This document shows, one piece after another, positions 16,965 through 27,437 of a stretch of DNA of 64,000 bases (its first letter is position 1; every line of letters starts with the position of its first letter). A program made the translations under genes and the position numbers. The DNA comes from an uncultured Planctomycetaceae bacterium. Lineage in GTDB: Bacteria > Planctomycetota > Planctomycetia > Planctomycetales > Planctomycetaceae. The DNA lies in NCBI GenBank assembly GCA_963976765.1, contig CAXBME010000024.1, forward strand, positions 1 to 64,000. The letters run 5' to 3'. The notes under the pieces are model-generated. The model was not told where the DNA came from, did not search any database, and saw nothing but the letters and a program-made list of their open reading frames with translations.

Positions 16965-19889
16965 TTATTTGGGCGGGAGTTCGTCGGGCAGTTCAGGCAA
17001 CTCTGATTCGTCGAAGAGTTTCTTAAAGGCAGGTGACTGGCGGATTGTCTTCAGATCCGGGTCGCCCTTCATCCATTCCTGATTGGATTTGTCCAGGCCG
17101 TTGTCGATGGACTTTTGCAGGAGCTCGACGCCGCGGGTGCGGAATTGTTCGATCCGTGCTCTCCGGTCGGGCTGGTCGGCGTCGGAGCGGGATTCGAGCT
17201 GCTCGACGGCTCGGCCATAGACGCAGGCCATGTTGTACGAGTAGATCGACTTGTCGGCGGAATGGTCGGCAACGGACGAGGCGGCGGTGATGGCTTCGTC
17301 GATCTTGCCCTGTCGAACCAGCACGAGTGCCAGACCCGTGTGACCTTCCGAATCGTCCGGCTCGAACTCGATAAACCGAACGAAATCCTGACGAGCTGTT
17401 TCCAGTTGTTGAGCGGTTGGTCGCTTGATGTGAAGAACCGCGTTGGCTCGATACTGCCAGGCATCGGGTAATTCCGGATCCGTCTTCACGGCGGCGTCCA
17501 GGTACAGTGTGGCCTTTAGAATCTGCTGGTCGGCCAGAAAATCGTCGCCGTTTACCGTGTGACGCATGGCCAGCCCGATGAAACCTTGCCCCTGAAGAAC
17601 GTACTGCTGAGCTGGCGACCGTTGATAAAGCTGCGCGAGCGACTGACGAGCCATGTCCGCTCCTGTCTTTGAGCTGCGAGCGACTTCCCGCAACGCGTCG
17701 CGAGCTTCAGGAGTCCCTGCCGAAGCAAGAGCGGAACAGACGACTGCCAGATGCCGAGGACTGTGCTGCTTGTCGTCAACCAGCTTGTGGAGCAGGTCAA
17801 TCAACAGCCTGACCGCTCGATCGCTGCCACGTTGCTGAAGCAGCGAAACAACGCCTTCCAGAGATTTATCGTCGGACGTCTTTGATTTCGAGATGACCGA
17901 ATCGCTCAGCGTCCAGAACTTTTCGCTGTGGGCGTCGGCGAGCGCTTTCAGAATTAGAAGCTGCTCGTCGAAAGGATAATCTGAAAAGTTCTCGGCGATC
18001 TGCTCGGCGATGCGGTGGTCGCCGATGGCCAGAATGGTTGTCAGCAATTCATGCCGGTCGGTCGATTTCTCGTCGAGATGTCTCAGCAGCGCCGGGATCG
18101 CTCGGTGGTCGCGAGTTCGCCGAAGGAACGAGAGCAGCACCGGCGACGGCGACGACGTTTCCAGACTCTTGAGCATCCATTGCGACGTGAGCTGTTCGGC
18201 AGCTGGCTCGTCACGCAGGATCAGGATGTTCAACGCGGCGGCGCTGAGTGCTCGTTCCGTTGACGCCAGACAGCGTTCGAGAGTCGTCAGCAGGCGAGGA
18301 TGGCCGACGGCAGCCAGCGCCGGCAGCAGATACACCTGCGTTTTCTCGTGGGATTCTTCGATCAGTTTTGCCAGTGCTTCGCTCCACACCGGTCGAGGGT
18401 GGGCAACGATGGCGTTGGCCGTTTCGGAGATCAGGAATTCGTCTTTCGAATTCAGCAGCTCAATTATTTCAGGATGAGCCGTCGCGAACTTTGACGCCGC
18501 CAGACTGTGTATCGCGACGGTGCGGCGGATTTCTGATGCCGATTTTGCTTCGGCATCTGGAGCCTGGTTCGGCGTGACGGCTACGTTGACAAGCTTCCGC
18601 GTGGCAGAGGCGTCGCCGGACATTCGCAATGAAAAAATCGCTGCCGCCGCTACGTTAAGATTCGCATCGTCGGCCAGTGAAAGAATCAACGGCAGATTTG
18701 TCTTGACGATCCGTTCGGCAGAATGTCGCAGCACGGCCGCTCTGGTGGCTTCGTCGCCTTGCCGAATTGATCGGACCAGCACGTCGCGAGACATCACCTC
18801 GCACAGCGGCGCAGCGGCGGCATCGACAGCTGCGATTAATTCCTGATGAGTGTTTCTTGCAGCAGAGCTTCTGCCCCGGTCGGACAGATTGAGCCGTCGA
18901 ATTGTCGAGTGCAGCGAAGCATAGCTGCCGTTGGAATTTTCAGCTTGATGGTTCACGACGTGAAGATCGACAATCGCCGCAGGCAATGCCGGGAAGTCCT
19001 CTCGGACAACCGGTTCCCGACCGGATTGAAGAGCAGCCGTACGCAGCCAGCCAGCCACTTCCCGGTCAGGCACGCTGGCATTCGGGCCAAAGTTGACGAT
19101 GACCCGGCAAACCTGCATGGCGGAGATCCGATCAATCGTCTTCGCCAGTTCTCCGACGTTGACCCGGTCCAGTACCCCGTCGATCGTCAGAATCGCGATC
19201 GCCTCTGCCGGACCAGTCATTCGAGTCTGAAGTTTCAATCGACTGGCAAAAGCTTCGGCGACGTCAACGTTCACGGTGCCAGCATCAGGAACCTGACAGG
19301 CCAGCATCATTTTGGGAATCTGGTCCCCGTCCGGCAGATTCTTAAAAACGAGCCATGTTGCAGCTTCGCCGTCGGGCAGCAGATCAAGCGTTTCGGTTTT
19401 TGCATCGCCCAGCGGAACCCGTTTTCCGCCGATAGAAACCTTCTGGGCGACCAGTTCCGGGGGGACAACGATGGCTGCCCGCTCGCGGCCTTCAGTTGTC
19501 AGCTTCCAGGCAGATCGAGGAACCGTGATTGGCTTGGGATGACGATTGGCGACGGACACTCGCAAAACCAGCAGCCGGGTTTCGTCATCGTCCTCGGTGT
19601 ACCACTTTCCGATGTAGCCGGACTTGACGGCGATTTCGGCAAACGGAGCTTCTGATTCTGCGGCGTCTTCAACCGGTGTTGTTGCTGGAGTCGGTGCCGT
19701 TTGCTCGTCCGCGAGCAACCACTCCGAGGTAAACGGCCCTGCGAAGGCCGCTCCGAACAGGCTGCAGAGAGTGGCGAATTTTAAGATTCGACGATGCATC
19801 CAAATTCGTTTCGAAGAAGTGATGGGAAGAGTGTGTCTGGTCATCTTTTTACAGGTCAGGCTGAGTCTGGCCTGCGGAATCAAAAACAA
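16965..19889 (-). CDS. Exported multidomain protein: Ig-like, STAS-like, HEAT/ARM repeats, TPR
   Basis: Hydrophobic leader; ILTIDGVLDRVNVGEL...VIVNF (STAS-like); HEAT-type repeats (RDHRAIPALL, GDHRIAEQI, GSDRAVRLL); C-terminal YNMACVY...DPDL TPR cap. Real start probably ATG 19844 or 19799. Confidence 0.75.
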   Translation of the reverse strand: MFLIPQARLSLTCKKMTRHTLPITSSKRIWMHRRILKFATLCSLFGAAFAGPFTSEWLLADEQTAPTPATTPVEDAAESEAPFAEIAVKSGYIGKWYTEDDDETRLLVLRVSVANRHPKPITVPRSAWKLTTEGRERAAIVVPPELVAQKVSIGGKRVPLGDAKTETLDLLPDGEAATWLVFKNLPDGDQIPKMMLACQVPDAGTVNVDVAEAFASRLKLQTRMTGPAEAIAILTIDGVLDRVNVGELAKTIDRISAMQVCRVIVNFGPNASVPDREVAGWLRTAALQSGREPVVREDFPALPAAIVDLHVVNHQAENSNGSYASLHSTIRRLNLSDRGRSSAARNTHQELIAAVDAAAAPLCEVMSRDVLVRSIRQGDEATRAAVLRHSAERIVKTNLPLILSLADDANLNVAAAAIFSLRMSGDASATRKLVNVAVTPNQAPDAEAKSASEIRRTVAIHSLAASKFATAHPEIIELLNSKDEFLISETANAIVAHPRPVWSEALAKLIEESHEKTQVYLLPALAAVGHPRLLTTLERCLASTERALSAAALNILILRDEPAAEQLTSQWMLKSLETSSPSPVLLSFLRRTRDHRAIPALLRHLDEKSTDRHELLTTILAIGDHRIAEQIAENFSDYPFDEQLLILKALADAHSEKFWTLSDSVISKSKTSDDKSLEGVVSLLQQRGSDRAVRLLIDLLHKLVDDKQHSPRHLAVVCSALASAGTPEARDALREVARSSKTGADMARQSLAQLYQRSPAQQYVLQGQGFIGLAMRHTVNGDDFLADQQILKATLYLDAAVKTDPELPDAWQYRANAVLHIKRPTAQQLETARQDFVRFIEFEPDDSEGHTGLALVLVRQGKIDEAITAASSVADHSADKSIYSYNMACVYGRAVEQLESRSDADQPDRRARIEQFRTRGVELLQKSIDNGLDKSNQEWMKGDPDLKTIRQSPAFKKLFDESELPELPDELPPK

Positions 19890-20258
19890 ATTTTGATGTT
19901 CGATTTCCGCAAGACTCTACACGCCGGATGAACGCTCTGTCGAAAGATTCTCCAAACTCGGACGAGGCTGGTTGAGGCTTCGAGTGCTTCGTCGACTCAA
20001 AGTTATAATCTGCGAACTATGCGTAGACAGGGGGCATGACCCGTTCGGTAAAATTTACCAGGTCAGAACCGGTTTGGGTGATGGCGGCGTTTGGCCATCA
20101 GAATTCCTGGTCAGTCGCTGTGAAAATCCTATAAATCCGTTGTTTCGGGGTGAAATTAGTTGCGAGGGCTCCGGATCCTTGCGTATTCAGAGGGCAGCGA
20201 TTGAGGCTCAATCGGGCCTGAAACCGAGTTTATTCAACAACCCAGGGAGGGACGGAAA

Positions 20259-20477
20259 ATGCTGGTACTTTCAAGGAAGACGGAAGAAGCGATTCAAATC
20301 GGCGATGAGATCACCGTTAAGGTGCTTTCGGTAAAGGGCGGGGTCGTCCGCCTCGGGTTTGAGGCGCCAAAGGACGTTTCGATCTTTCGATCGGAACTTC
20401 TGCCTGGATTCGAAGCCTGCCCGCCAGCCTCTATGCAGGTTGCTTCGCCAGGCTCCGCAGTTGCAACCGCGTCGTAG
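20259..20477 (+). CDS. csrA: Carbon storage regulator CsrA/RsmA
   Basis: MLVLSRKTEEAIQIGDEITVKVLSVKGGVVRLGFEAPKDVSIFRSEL is the canonical CsrA fold. Confidence 0.95.
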   Translation: MLVLSRKTEEAIQIGDEITVKVLSVKGGVVRLGFEAPKDVSIFRSELLPGFEACPPASMQVASPGSAVATAS

Positions 20478-20526
20478 CCGCCTCATCATCGTGCCGCAAA
20501 TCACTCTTTCGAGGAGTTCGCGGCTG

Positions 20527-22011
20527 ATGATTCGACGACTTTGCGACAGTTTCTTCGTCTTGCTCGTTTCAGCAGGGGTGGGATTTCTATCGCTCGCGAT
20601 TGGCCTTCACGGCGAGGTTTGTGCTGATGACGCGCCGGTCGCGAAGGCGGCACTCTTTGAATCGATCAATCACCGGAACGATGCTGTCTGGAAGCTCGCC
20701 CGCGACATCTGGAGCTTCGCCGAGCCGGGGTATCAGGAAAAGAAGTCGTCCGCTTCGTTGCGAGAAATGCTGAAATCAGCGGGCTTTGCAATCGAGTCAG
20801 AAATCGGTGGGATTCCGACTGCGTTTACTGCAACAGTAGGCGGCGGCAAGCCAGTGATCGGAATCCTCGGAGAGTTTGACGCGCTGCCGGGCCTTTCTCA
20901 GAACGCGGTGCCGTATCGCGAGCCCGCTCAGGAAGGCGGCTACGGACATGGCTGTGGGCATCATCTTTATGGGGCCGCTTCGGCATCCGCAGCCATCGCC
21001 ATTGCCGAGCAGATAAAGGCCGGGAAAATCAAAGGCACTGTTCGCTTTTACGGATGCCCGGCGGAAGAAGGCGGCAGCGGAAAAGTCTTCATGGCTCAGG
21101 CCGGAGCCTTCACCGACTGCGACGCCATCCTGCACTGGCATCCTGGTCATGAGAACTCAGCCGGAGATCGATCAACGCTGGCTCGTATGGCGGTCAAGTT
21201 TCGGTTTCACGGAAAAGCTGCTCACGCTGCAGCAGCTCCTGAGCAGGGACGGTCGGCGCTCGATGCGGTTGCTCTGACAAATTACGCCGCCGAATTAATG
21301 CGAGAGCACACTCCGGACCAGTCGCGAATTCACCATGTGATCACGGCCGGTGGGCGAGCACCCAATGTCATCCCGGATTTCGCCGAAGTCTATTACTACA
21401 TCCGGCACCCCGAAGGCGAAGTCGTCCGGCAGCTTTACGAACGGCTCGTGCTGTGTGCAAAAGGCGGAGCACTGGCAACGGAGACTCGGCTTGAAATTCG
21501 CTTTGAAGGCGGCATTCGGGAAATCCTTCCGAACAACGCACTCTCGCAGGTCACGATGCGGAATTTGCGGGAAATCTGCGACCTCGAATACGACGATTCG
21601 GAGATCGAGTTCGCTTTGAAACTTCAGGCGACGCTCGATTCGCCGGATCCGTTGACATCGATTCGCGAAATTGAAGATCGCAGCGGGACTGTCGGGAAAG
21701 GCTCGACCGACGTAGGTGATGTTTCCTGGCAGGTTCCAACAACCGGTTTTACGACGGCCTGCTGGGTTCCTGGTACACCCGCTCATTCCTGGCAGGCGGT
21801 CGCAGCGGGCGGCTCAACTATTGGTCGCAAAGGGCTGAACCTGGCAGCAAGAGTGCTTGCGGCGTCCGCGTGGGATCTCTACACGAAGCCTGATCTGCTT
21901 GAGGCAGGAAAGCTTGAGCACCAGCGGCGGATCGGCAACCAGAGCTACCAGTCTCTGATGATCGATGGGCAAAAGCCGCCGCTTGACTACCGCGACCCAC
22001 CGAAGCGTTGA
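20527..22011 (+). CDS. M20 amidohydrolase (AbgB-like) with N-terminal signal peptide
   Basis: EPGYQE, GEFDALPG, GHGCGHH, GCPAEEGG, HWHP, GSTDVGDVSW; GAGGAG RBS before ATG 20527. Confidence 0.9.
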   Translation: MIRRLCDSFFVLLVSAGVGFLSLAIGLHGEVCADDAPVAKAALFESINHRNDAVWKLARDIWSFAEPGYQEKKSSASLREMLKSAGFAIESEIGGIPTAFTATVGGGKPVIGILGEFDALPGLSQNAVPYREPAQEGGYGHGCGHHLYGAASASAAIAIAEQIKAGKIKGTVRFYGCPAEEGGSGKVFMAQAGAFTDCDAILHWHPGHENSAGDRSTLARMAVKFRFHGKAAHAAAAPEQGRSALDAVALTNYAAELMREHTPDQSRIHHVITAGGRAPNVIPDFAEVYYYIRHPEGEVVRQLYERLVLCAKGGALATETRLEIRFEGGIREILPNNALSQVTMRNLREICDLEYDDSEIEFALKLQATLDSPDPLTSIREIEDRSGTVGKGSTDVGDVSWQVPTTGFTTACWVPGTPAHSWQAVAAGGSTIGRKGLNLAARVLAASAWDLYTKPDLLEAGKLEHQRRIGNQSYQSLMIDGQKPPLDYRDPPKR

Positions 22012-22427
22012 CGGGTTCCGCCAGCCCGCTCCGGAGTTTTCGGTCCAGTCTTCGAACCACCACGGGGACTCTCTACCCGGTGCGCCGGTTTCAACGTAGG
22101 GCGCGATTCGAAACGGTCCGACTCTGCCTGCATGGTGCCTGCGCATACGAATCGATAGTTCGCTGCCGGGCTTGCGTTATGTCAGCAACCTTTCTGCGTT
22201 CTCTTTCCCATCAAGTTGATGAATTGTCACGTAGGTTTATGAATTCCGGTTGAACCAATGGGCCAGAATTCGTTGTTCAAAGGGAACTGAAGACGTCAGG
22301 ACGTTGTCCAAAGTCAACAGGGAATCGTTGCCGGCGTTCCGTTTTTGTGTGGCTCAAAGTTTGAACTCGTTTCAGTTCAATGTCTTAGAGCCACTGCGGT
22401 GGGTATCGAGATCATGGCAGTCGTGTT

Positions 22428-22444
22428 TCGGCCTTGAGTTTGCA
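22428..22444 (+). promoter_or_regulatory. Candidate sigma-54 promoter for the STAS gene
   Basis: TCGGCCTTGAGTTTGCA has GG-N10-GC spacing and TTGCA; about 65 nt upstream of ATG 22508. Confidence 0.35.
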
Positions 22445-22507
22445 TTGGTTGACATCGCAGCTCATCGCAGTCGCCGACAGCCAGAAGTACAACAGGAGTA
22501 ACGGACA

Positions 22508-22960
22508 ATGGCCAGAAAGAAAAAAAGTTCGATCGACATCCGCGACGGATTCCATGTCGTCGTGATGGGCGAAATGGAAATCTGGGATGGTGCCGACCTG
22601 TCGTTGCTTCGTGAAACTCTCGCACGACTTGTTGAGACCGAAAAGCGGAAAGCCATTGGCGTCGATCTGACATTCGTCAAGTACATCCCGAGCGGCTTCT
22701 TCGGGATGCTGTATGACTACACCGACCGTGGAGTTTCCGTAAGGCTGTATTCGCCGCAGGCTCACATCGCGAACATGCTTTGGTTCCGCGAGTTCTTCGA
22801 ACCGATCGATGGCGAAGCATTCTCACTGGTGGTGAAAGCTCAGACTGGTCACTCGGCCCGTTCCGCCATGGCAGCCGGCAAGGCCCCGTGGTCAGACTTC
22901 GACAACGCTCCGGCAGAATTTTCGGCTGCTGAGGAAACGACTGTGTCCGCCGCTCATTAA
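22508..22960 (+). CDS. STAS-domain protein (anti-sigma antagonist-like)
   Basis: VVVMGEMEIWDGA...IGVDLTFVKYIPSGFFGML matches the STAS pattern DL..V.Y..S; AGGAG RBS. Confidence 0.78.
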   Translation: MARKKKSSIDIRDGFHVVVMGEMEIWDGADLSLLRETLARLVETEKRKAIGVDLTFVKYIPSGFFGMLYDYTDRGVSVRLYSPQAHIANMLWFREFFEPIDGEAFSLVVKAQTGHSARSAMAAGKAPWSDFDNAPAEFSAAEETTVSAAH

Positions 22961-23128
22961 TCCCCGCCGGAATTCGACGTCATCAGTCGACCAGAGAAAT
23001 CATCAGACCGAGTTTTCTTATCAGCCAGTCGGGTGTCCCTTATCAGTCAAAGGGACACTCTTCGCAGGGCTGGATGTCGCGTTTGTTGACCGAGCCTCCG
23101 AGCCGGGTCCGGCTGGAACGGCCTCCGA

Positions 23129-24463
23129 TTACTTCGCCGTTTCCGCCACACAATAGAGGTGCTTGTCGGACCGCAGGAAGATTTCGCCGTTGCTGATGGC
23201 CGGCGTCGCTCCGAATGATTCCCGGTCGGTCGTGACCGAGTTGGCGGCGAGCTGCTCGAACCTGTCGCCCGCCTTCAGCACGTAGCACGTACCTGATCCC
23301 TGCACGTAGTAGACTTTTCCGTCAGCGATGACCGGCGAAGAATAATCGCTTCCTCCTCCGCCTCGCCCGAATCGACTTCGCCCGCCGCCGTCGTCACCAC
23401 TGCCAGTTCCTCCTTCCAGACGCCCCTGAAAGATCTTCCTTCCTGTCTTTGCGTCGCTGCAACCGGCGACACTCCCGGAGAAGAAGTAGATGCGATCCTC
23501 GTAGACAACCGGCGTTCCAAACCGGCTCGAATCGGAACTCGACCAGAGCTTGTGGGACTTCGTCACGTCGCCTTTGCCGCCGGCCCGAACGGCTGCTGAC
23601 CCGCCTCCGCGACCCTCGATTGAGTACACCACGTCCTGCACGGCGACGACGCTGGAGCTGTACTGGTCGCCGGCCGGGATTTCGCTGAACCATCGCAGCT
23701 TGCCAGAGTCGGGATTGAACCCCCAGATCTCGTATGGCACACCCAGAACCAGGTCGGTTCGCTCGTCGTCAACTTTCACCAGCAGGGGTGTTCCCCACAC
23801 ATTGGCAAGTCCCGAAGCTGCCTGCTTCCAGACTTCTTTGCCCGTCTCACAATCCAAGGCAACGAGCGATTCGCTTTCGGCGCTGGCCGTCACGATAACC
23901 TTTCCGTCGTACACAATGGGGCTTGACGCGGAACCCCATCGTCGACGATCCGATTCAGTCCCCACACTCTTCTGCCAGAGTTGTTGACCGTCGATGTCGT
24001 ATGCAAGAACGCCGGACTTGCCAAAGAAAACGTAGACGCGTTCGCCATCACTGACGGGAGTGTGCGACGCGTAACCGTGTGCTGGAATTCCCATTCCGCT
24101 GTAGGAGTCTTCGGGCAGAACAGCGTCGACCGACTTCTGCCACCGAATCTTCCCGCTACTCCGCTCAACACAAACCAGGTGTCGCTTCAGGTCTTCGATC
24201 TTTCCAAAGTTCGCGCCGTACCCAGAATAGCACGTCACGAAAACTCGATCGCCGATCACGATTGGACTGGAAACGCCTTCGCCAGGCAGTGAAGCCTTCC
24301 AGCGAATGTTCGAGTCAGGGCTCCACTCAACCGGAGTCGGCGTTGCATCTAAACTGACACCCGAGCCATTCGGTCCTCGAAACCGAGCCCAATCGTCGGC
24401 TGAAACCGAGGCGTTCAGCCCGAAGAGCAACGTCAGACCGCAAAGGATTTTCGAGAGTTCCAC
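23129..24463 (-). CDS. PQQ-like beta-propeller protein (BamB-like repeat family)
   Basis: Signal peptide, DWARFRGPNGSG, repeated SSP(I/V)V..G..(V/I)Y blades, ATPAISNGEIFLRS. Confidence 0.92.
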   Translation of the reverse strand: MELSKILCGLTLLFGLNASVSADDWARFRGPNGSGVSLDATPTPVEWSPDSNIRWKASLPGEGVSSPIVIGDRVFVTCYSGYGANFGKIEDLKRHLVCVERSSGKIRWQKSVDAVLPEDSYSGMGIPAHGYASHTPVSDGERVYVFFGKSGVLAYDIDGQQLWQKSVGTESDRRRWGSASSPIVYDGKVIVTASAESESLVALDCETGKEVWKQAASGLANVWGTPLLVKVDDERTDLVLGVPYEIWGFNPDSGKLRWFSEIPAGDQYSSSVVAVQDVVYSIEGRGGGSAAVRAGGKGDVTKSHKLWSSSDSSRFGTPVVYEDRIYFFSGSVAGCSDAKTGRKIFQGRLEGGTGSGDDGGGRSRFGRGGGGSDYSSPVIADGKVYYVQGSGTCYVLKAGDRFEQLAANSVTTDRESFGATPAISNGEIFLRSDKHLYCVAETAK

Positions 24464-24871
24464 AACAGCCCCTTTTGAAACTCAGGCCAGATCTAAACGA
24501 TCCAGCTCCGGGAATGGACGACAGGACAAATGCCGACAGAGATCAAAGATGCCTGAACCTCAAGCATTCCTGACGTACTCCCGGTACTGCGTTTCCTGAC
24601 GACAAATCCACAATGGCCGCAAAAGCAGAAGGAGTCGGACGACACGATTGAAAAGGGAGAATCGTGCAGCGACCGATGACCGCCACAAACCAGCTCGTCC
24701 GGCAGTGGCAGGCAGAAGGCGTCGTCGCAGGTCAAAGCTCGCAATGGAAGGCCGGATTATCGATCAAGTCGGCATTACCGGCAAAGTTTTGCACGCGATC
24801 TGTCGATACCGAATCGGATGGTGGCGCGTCACCCGGTCCTGGCGTGAGTCAAATTTTGACGTGCGGGGAAC

Positions 24872-27409
24872 ATGCGACGGAATTCTCGATTCATACAAAC
24901 CGTGTGGTGGCTGTTGCTGGTGCTTTGCTTCGCCCCGGCAGGGTGTTCGCGCACGTGGTATCGGAATCAGGCCGACGAGGAAGTTGCCGAGACGCTCGCT
25001 GAGAAGGGGGGCTACCTCGACAACGGACTTGCCGATCCGCGACCGGAATCCCGGATGGCATACCACTCGGATCCAGACCAGCCTCCCATGCCGCGCGACG
25101 ATCCGGCGTCGCACGCGTTCATGCACGAAGTCGATGGCCACAGCGGATTCGGCGGATGGCATTCAGCCGGCTCTGAAGCATCAGTCGATGCGGGAACGTG
25201 GTTCGATTCGCTGCCGCGGGCCGAAGATGGCACTGTCGTGTTATCGCTGGGCGACGCCGTCAAGGTGGCTCGGACAAATTCACGGGGCTATCAGACGAGT
25301 CTTGAAGACCTTTATCTCTCCGCGCTGGATGTCACTTTCGAGCGGTTTCGGTTTGATCATCAGTTTGCCGCCGGCAATGTTACCGGTGCTGACTTCCAGG
25401 GCCGCGATCGGACCTCTGGACCAGGCAGCAGTGAACTGGCAACGACGACCAGCGGCGCCGTTCGAAAATTGACCGCGACAGGTGGTGAGCTGTTTTTCGG
25501 ACTCGCCAATTCGATTGTGTGGGAGTTCGCTGGTGGCGACGGCGACATGTTGCGGTCGACCTTCGACTTCTCGCTGATTCAGCCGCTGCTGAGATTTGGT
25601 GGCCGCGCGAGAGTGCTCGAACGACTGACTCAAAGCGAACGGACACTGCTGGGAAATGTGCGGCAGATGGAGCAGTTCCGACAAGGCTTTTATGTCGACA
25701 TTGCCACCGGTCGAAATTCCGGGCCGGGTCCGAATCGTCGCGGAGCTGTTGGCCAGGCGGGGCTTGGAGTAATCGCGGGATCGCCGAGCGGTCGAAACGG
25801 TGCAGCCGATGCCGGCGGGTTTCTCGGCCTGCTGCAGGACCAGCAGCAGATTCAGAATCAGGTTTCCAACATCGCTGCGCTGCGAGACAGTCTGGCTCAA
25901 CTGGAAGCGGCGTACGAAGCCAATCGGACCAACCGCTTGCAGGTCGATCAGGCGCGGCAAGCGTTGTTGAATGGCCAGAGCAGTCTGCTTGCGGCCCGTG
26001 CGGGTTACGAGTCGCGTGTCGACAGTTTCAAAGTGGAACTCGGGCTTCCGCCGGACCTTCCGCTGGAAATTACTGACCCACTGCTCGACCGATTCACGCT
26101 CATCGCTCCCGAATTGTCGCAGCTTCAGAATGATCTTGCCCCTTTACTTTACGCTTTAAAGAGGCAACGCGACACGCCTCAACCGGAACAGCTACGAAAG
26201 TCCGCCGCACAGTTTGCCGCTTTCGACGTACGTGTTGCCGACCGCGTCGCGTCCGCCCGTGACGATTTCAGAAAACTGCAACCGCTGATTCCGGAACGGC
26301 TGGCTCAGCTCGACCGAGTCCGCTTCCAGGTTGAAGAAACCCAGGCCGATGTCGACCCGCGAATCTACGACCGGCCGATTCTCGAACAACGACTGGAGTA
26401 CCTCGCGCAGCGGCTGCCGGCCATTGAAGAAGAATTCGCCAGCAACCGGGATGAACTCGCGAAGTCGAGCATCGCGGGTGAAGACGTTGTGGCCAAAGAC
26501 GTCTGGGAGAAGCTGACAAAAGATGCGACCAGACTTTCGGACCTGCTGCTCGAACTGTCGCTCATTCAGGCCGAGACACGACTGCAGGGAGTCGTGCTGA
26601 TCCCGCTTGATCTGAAACCGAATGACGCCGTCGAGATTGCTCGGGCCAGGCGGCTTGACTGGATGAACGCGCGAGCGAATCTGGTCGATGTCTGGCGGCA
26701 GATTGAAGTGGACGCGAACAACCTGGAAAGCGACCTCGACCTGGTGATCAACGGGCAGGCGAGAACGCGCGGCGACAACGTGACTGAGTTTCATTCTGAT
26801 GGGAGCCGGCTGAGTTTCGGGCTGGAGTTCGATACGCCCGTGACGCGGCTTGCCGAGCGGAACCAGTACCGCGAAACGCTCATCAATTATCAGCGGGCCC
26901 GACGCGACTACATGCTGTTTGAAGATCGCGTCACTCAAAGTATTCGGAACACGCTGCGAATCGTCGATCTCAGCCAGATCAACTTCGAAGTCCGGCGGGC
27001 TGCAGTTCAGGTGGCGATTGCTCAGGTCGACTTTTCGCGAATCAAACTCAACCCACCGCCTCCACCCGGCCAGAAGGAAGCACGAAGTTCACCGACCGCC
27101 GCCCGCGACCTGGTTTCGGCGTTGTCTGACTTGCTGGACGCTCAGAACGATTTCCTCAACGTGTGGGTCAATTATGAGGTTCTGCGCCTGCTGCTCGACT
27201 TCGAACTTGGGACGATGGAGCTGGACAACGAAGGACTGTGGCGTGACCCTGGCCCAATCGTCACTCCGACTCCAGCTGAGTCAGAAAGAGCATCGACCGA
27301 GTCAACCCGAGCGGCTCTGAAGGCGGTTCCCGGGCGTGTCCGAGGCCACTGGAAACCGACGTCGGTGGCAGATTCGGACCAGCCGGCCAGACGATCTCAC
27401 GCTGAATAA
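24872..27409 (+). CDS. TolC-family outer-membrane efflux lipoprotein
   Basis: Lipobox-like PAGC; LSLGDAV..A..NSR.YQ; QPLLRFGG; long helical hairpins; first gene of an efflux operon. Confidence 0.82.
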   Translation: MRRNSRFIQTVWWLLLVLCFAPAGCSRTWYRNQADEEVAETLAEKGGYLDNGLADPRPESRMAYHSDPDQPPMPRDDPASHAFMHEVDGHSGFGGWHSAGSEASVDAGTWFDSLPRAEDGTVVLSLGDAVKVARTNSRGYQTSLEDLYLSALDVTFERFRFDHQFAAGNVTGADFQGRDRTSGPGSSELATTTSGAVRKLTATGGELFFGLANSIVWEFAGGDGDMLRSTFDFSLIQPLLRFGGRARVLERLTQSERTLLGNVRQMEQFRQGFYVDIATGRNSGPGPNRRGAVGQAGLGVIAGSPSGRNGAADAGGFLGLLQDQQQIQNQVSNIAALRDSLAQLEAAYEANRTNRLQVDQARQALLNGQSSLLAARAGYESRVDSFKVELGLPPDLPLEITDPLLDRFTLIAPELSQLQNDLAPLLYALKRQRDTPQPEQLRKSAAQFAAFDVRVADRVASARDDFRKLQPLIPERLAQLDRVRFQVEETQADVDPRIYDRPILEQRLEYLAQRLPAIEEEFASNRDELAKSSIAGEDVVAKDVWEKLTKDATRLSDLLLELSLIQAETRLQGVVLIPLDLKPNDAVEIARARRLDWMNARANLVDVWRQIEVDANNLESDLDLVINGQARTRGDNVTEFHSDGSRLSFGLEFDTPVTRLAERNQYRETLINYQRARRDYMLFEDRVTQSIRNTLRIVDLSQINFEVRRAAVQVAIAQVDFSRIKLNPPPPPGQKEARSSPTAARDLVSALSDLLDAQNDFLNVWVNYEVLRLLLDFELGTMELDNEGLWRDPGPIVTPTPAESERASTESTRAALKAVPGRVRGHWKPTSVADSDQPARRSHAE

Positions 27410-27437
27410 TCAGGCAAAGTACCAGAGAGTGTGTAAT

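Noticed and set aside
22982..23060. Four ATCAG direct repeats and a GTGTCCCTT/AAGGGACAC hairpin between convergent genes
   Set aside because: Irregular spacing and a 5-nt core are compatible with chance; the hairpin is probably an ordinary terminator.
24648..25472. 274-aa Arg-rich ORF overlapping the TolC gene
   Set aside because: Alternative frame with composition typical of GC-rich off-frame translation.
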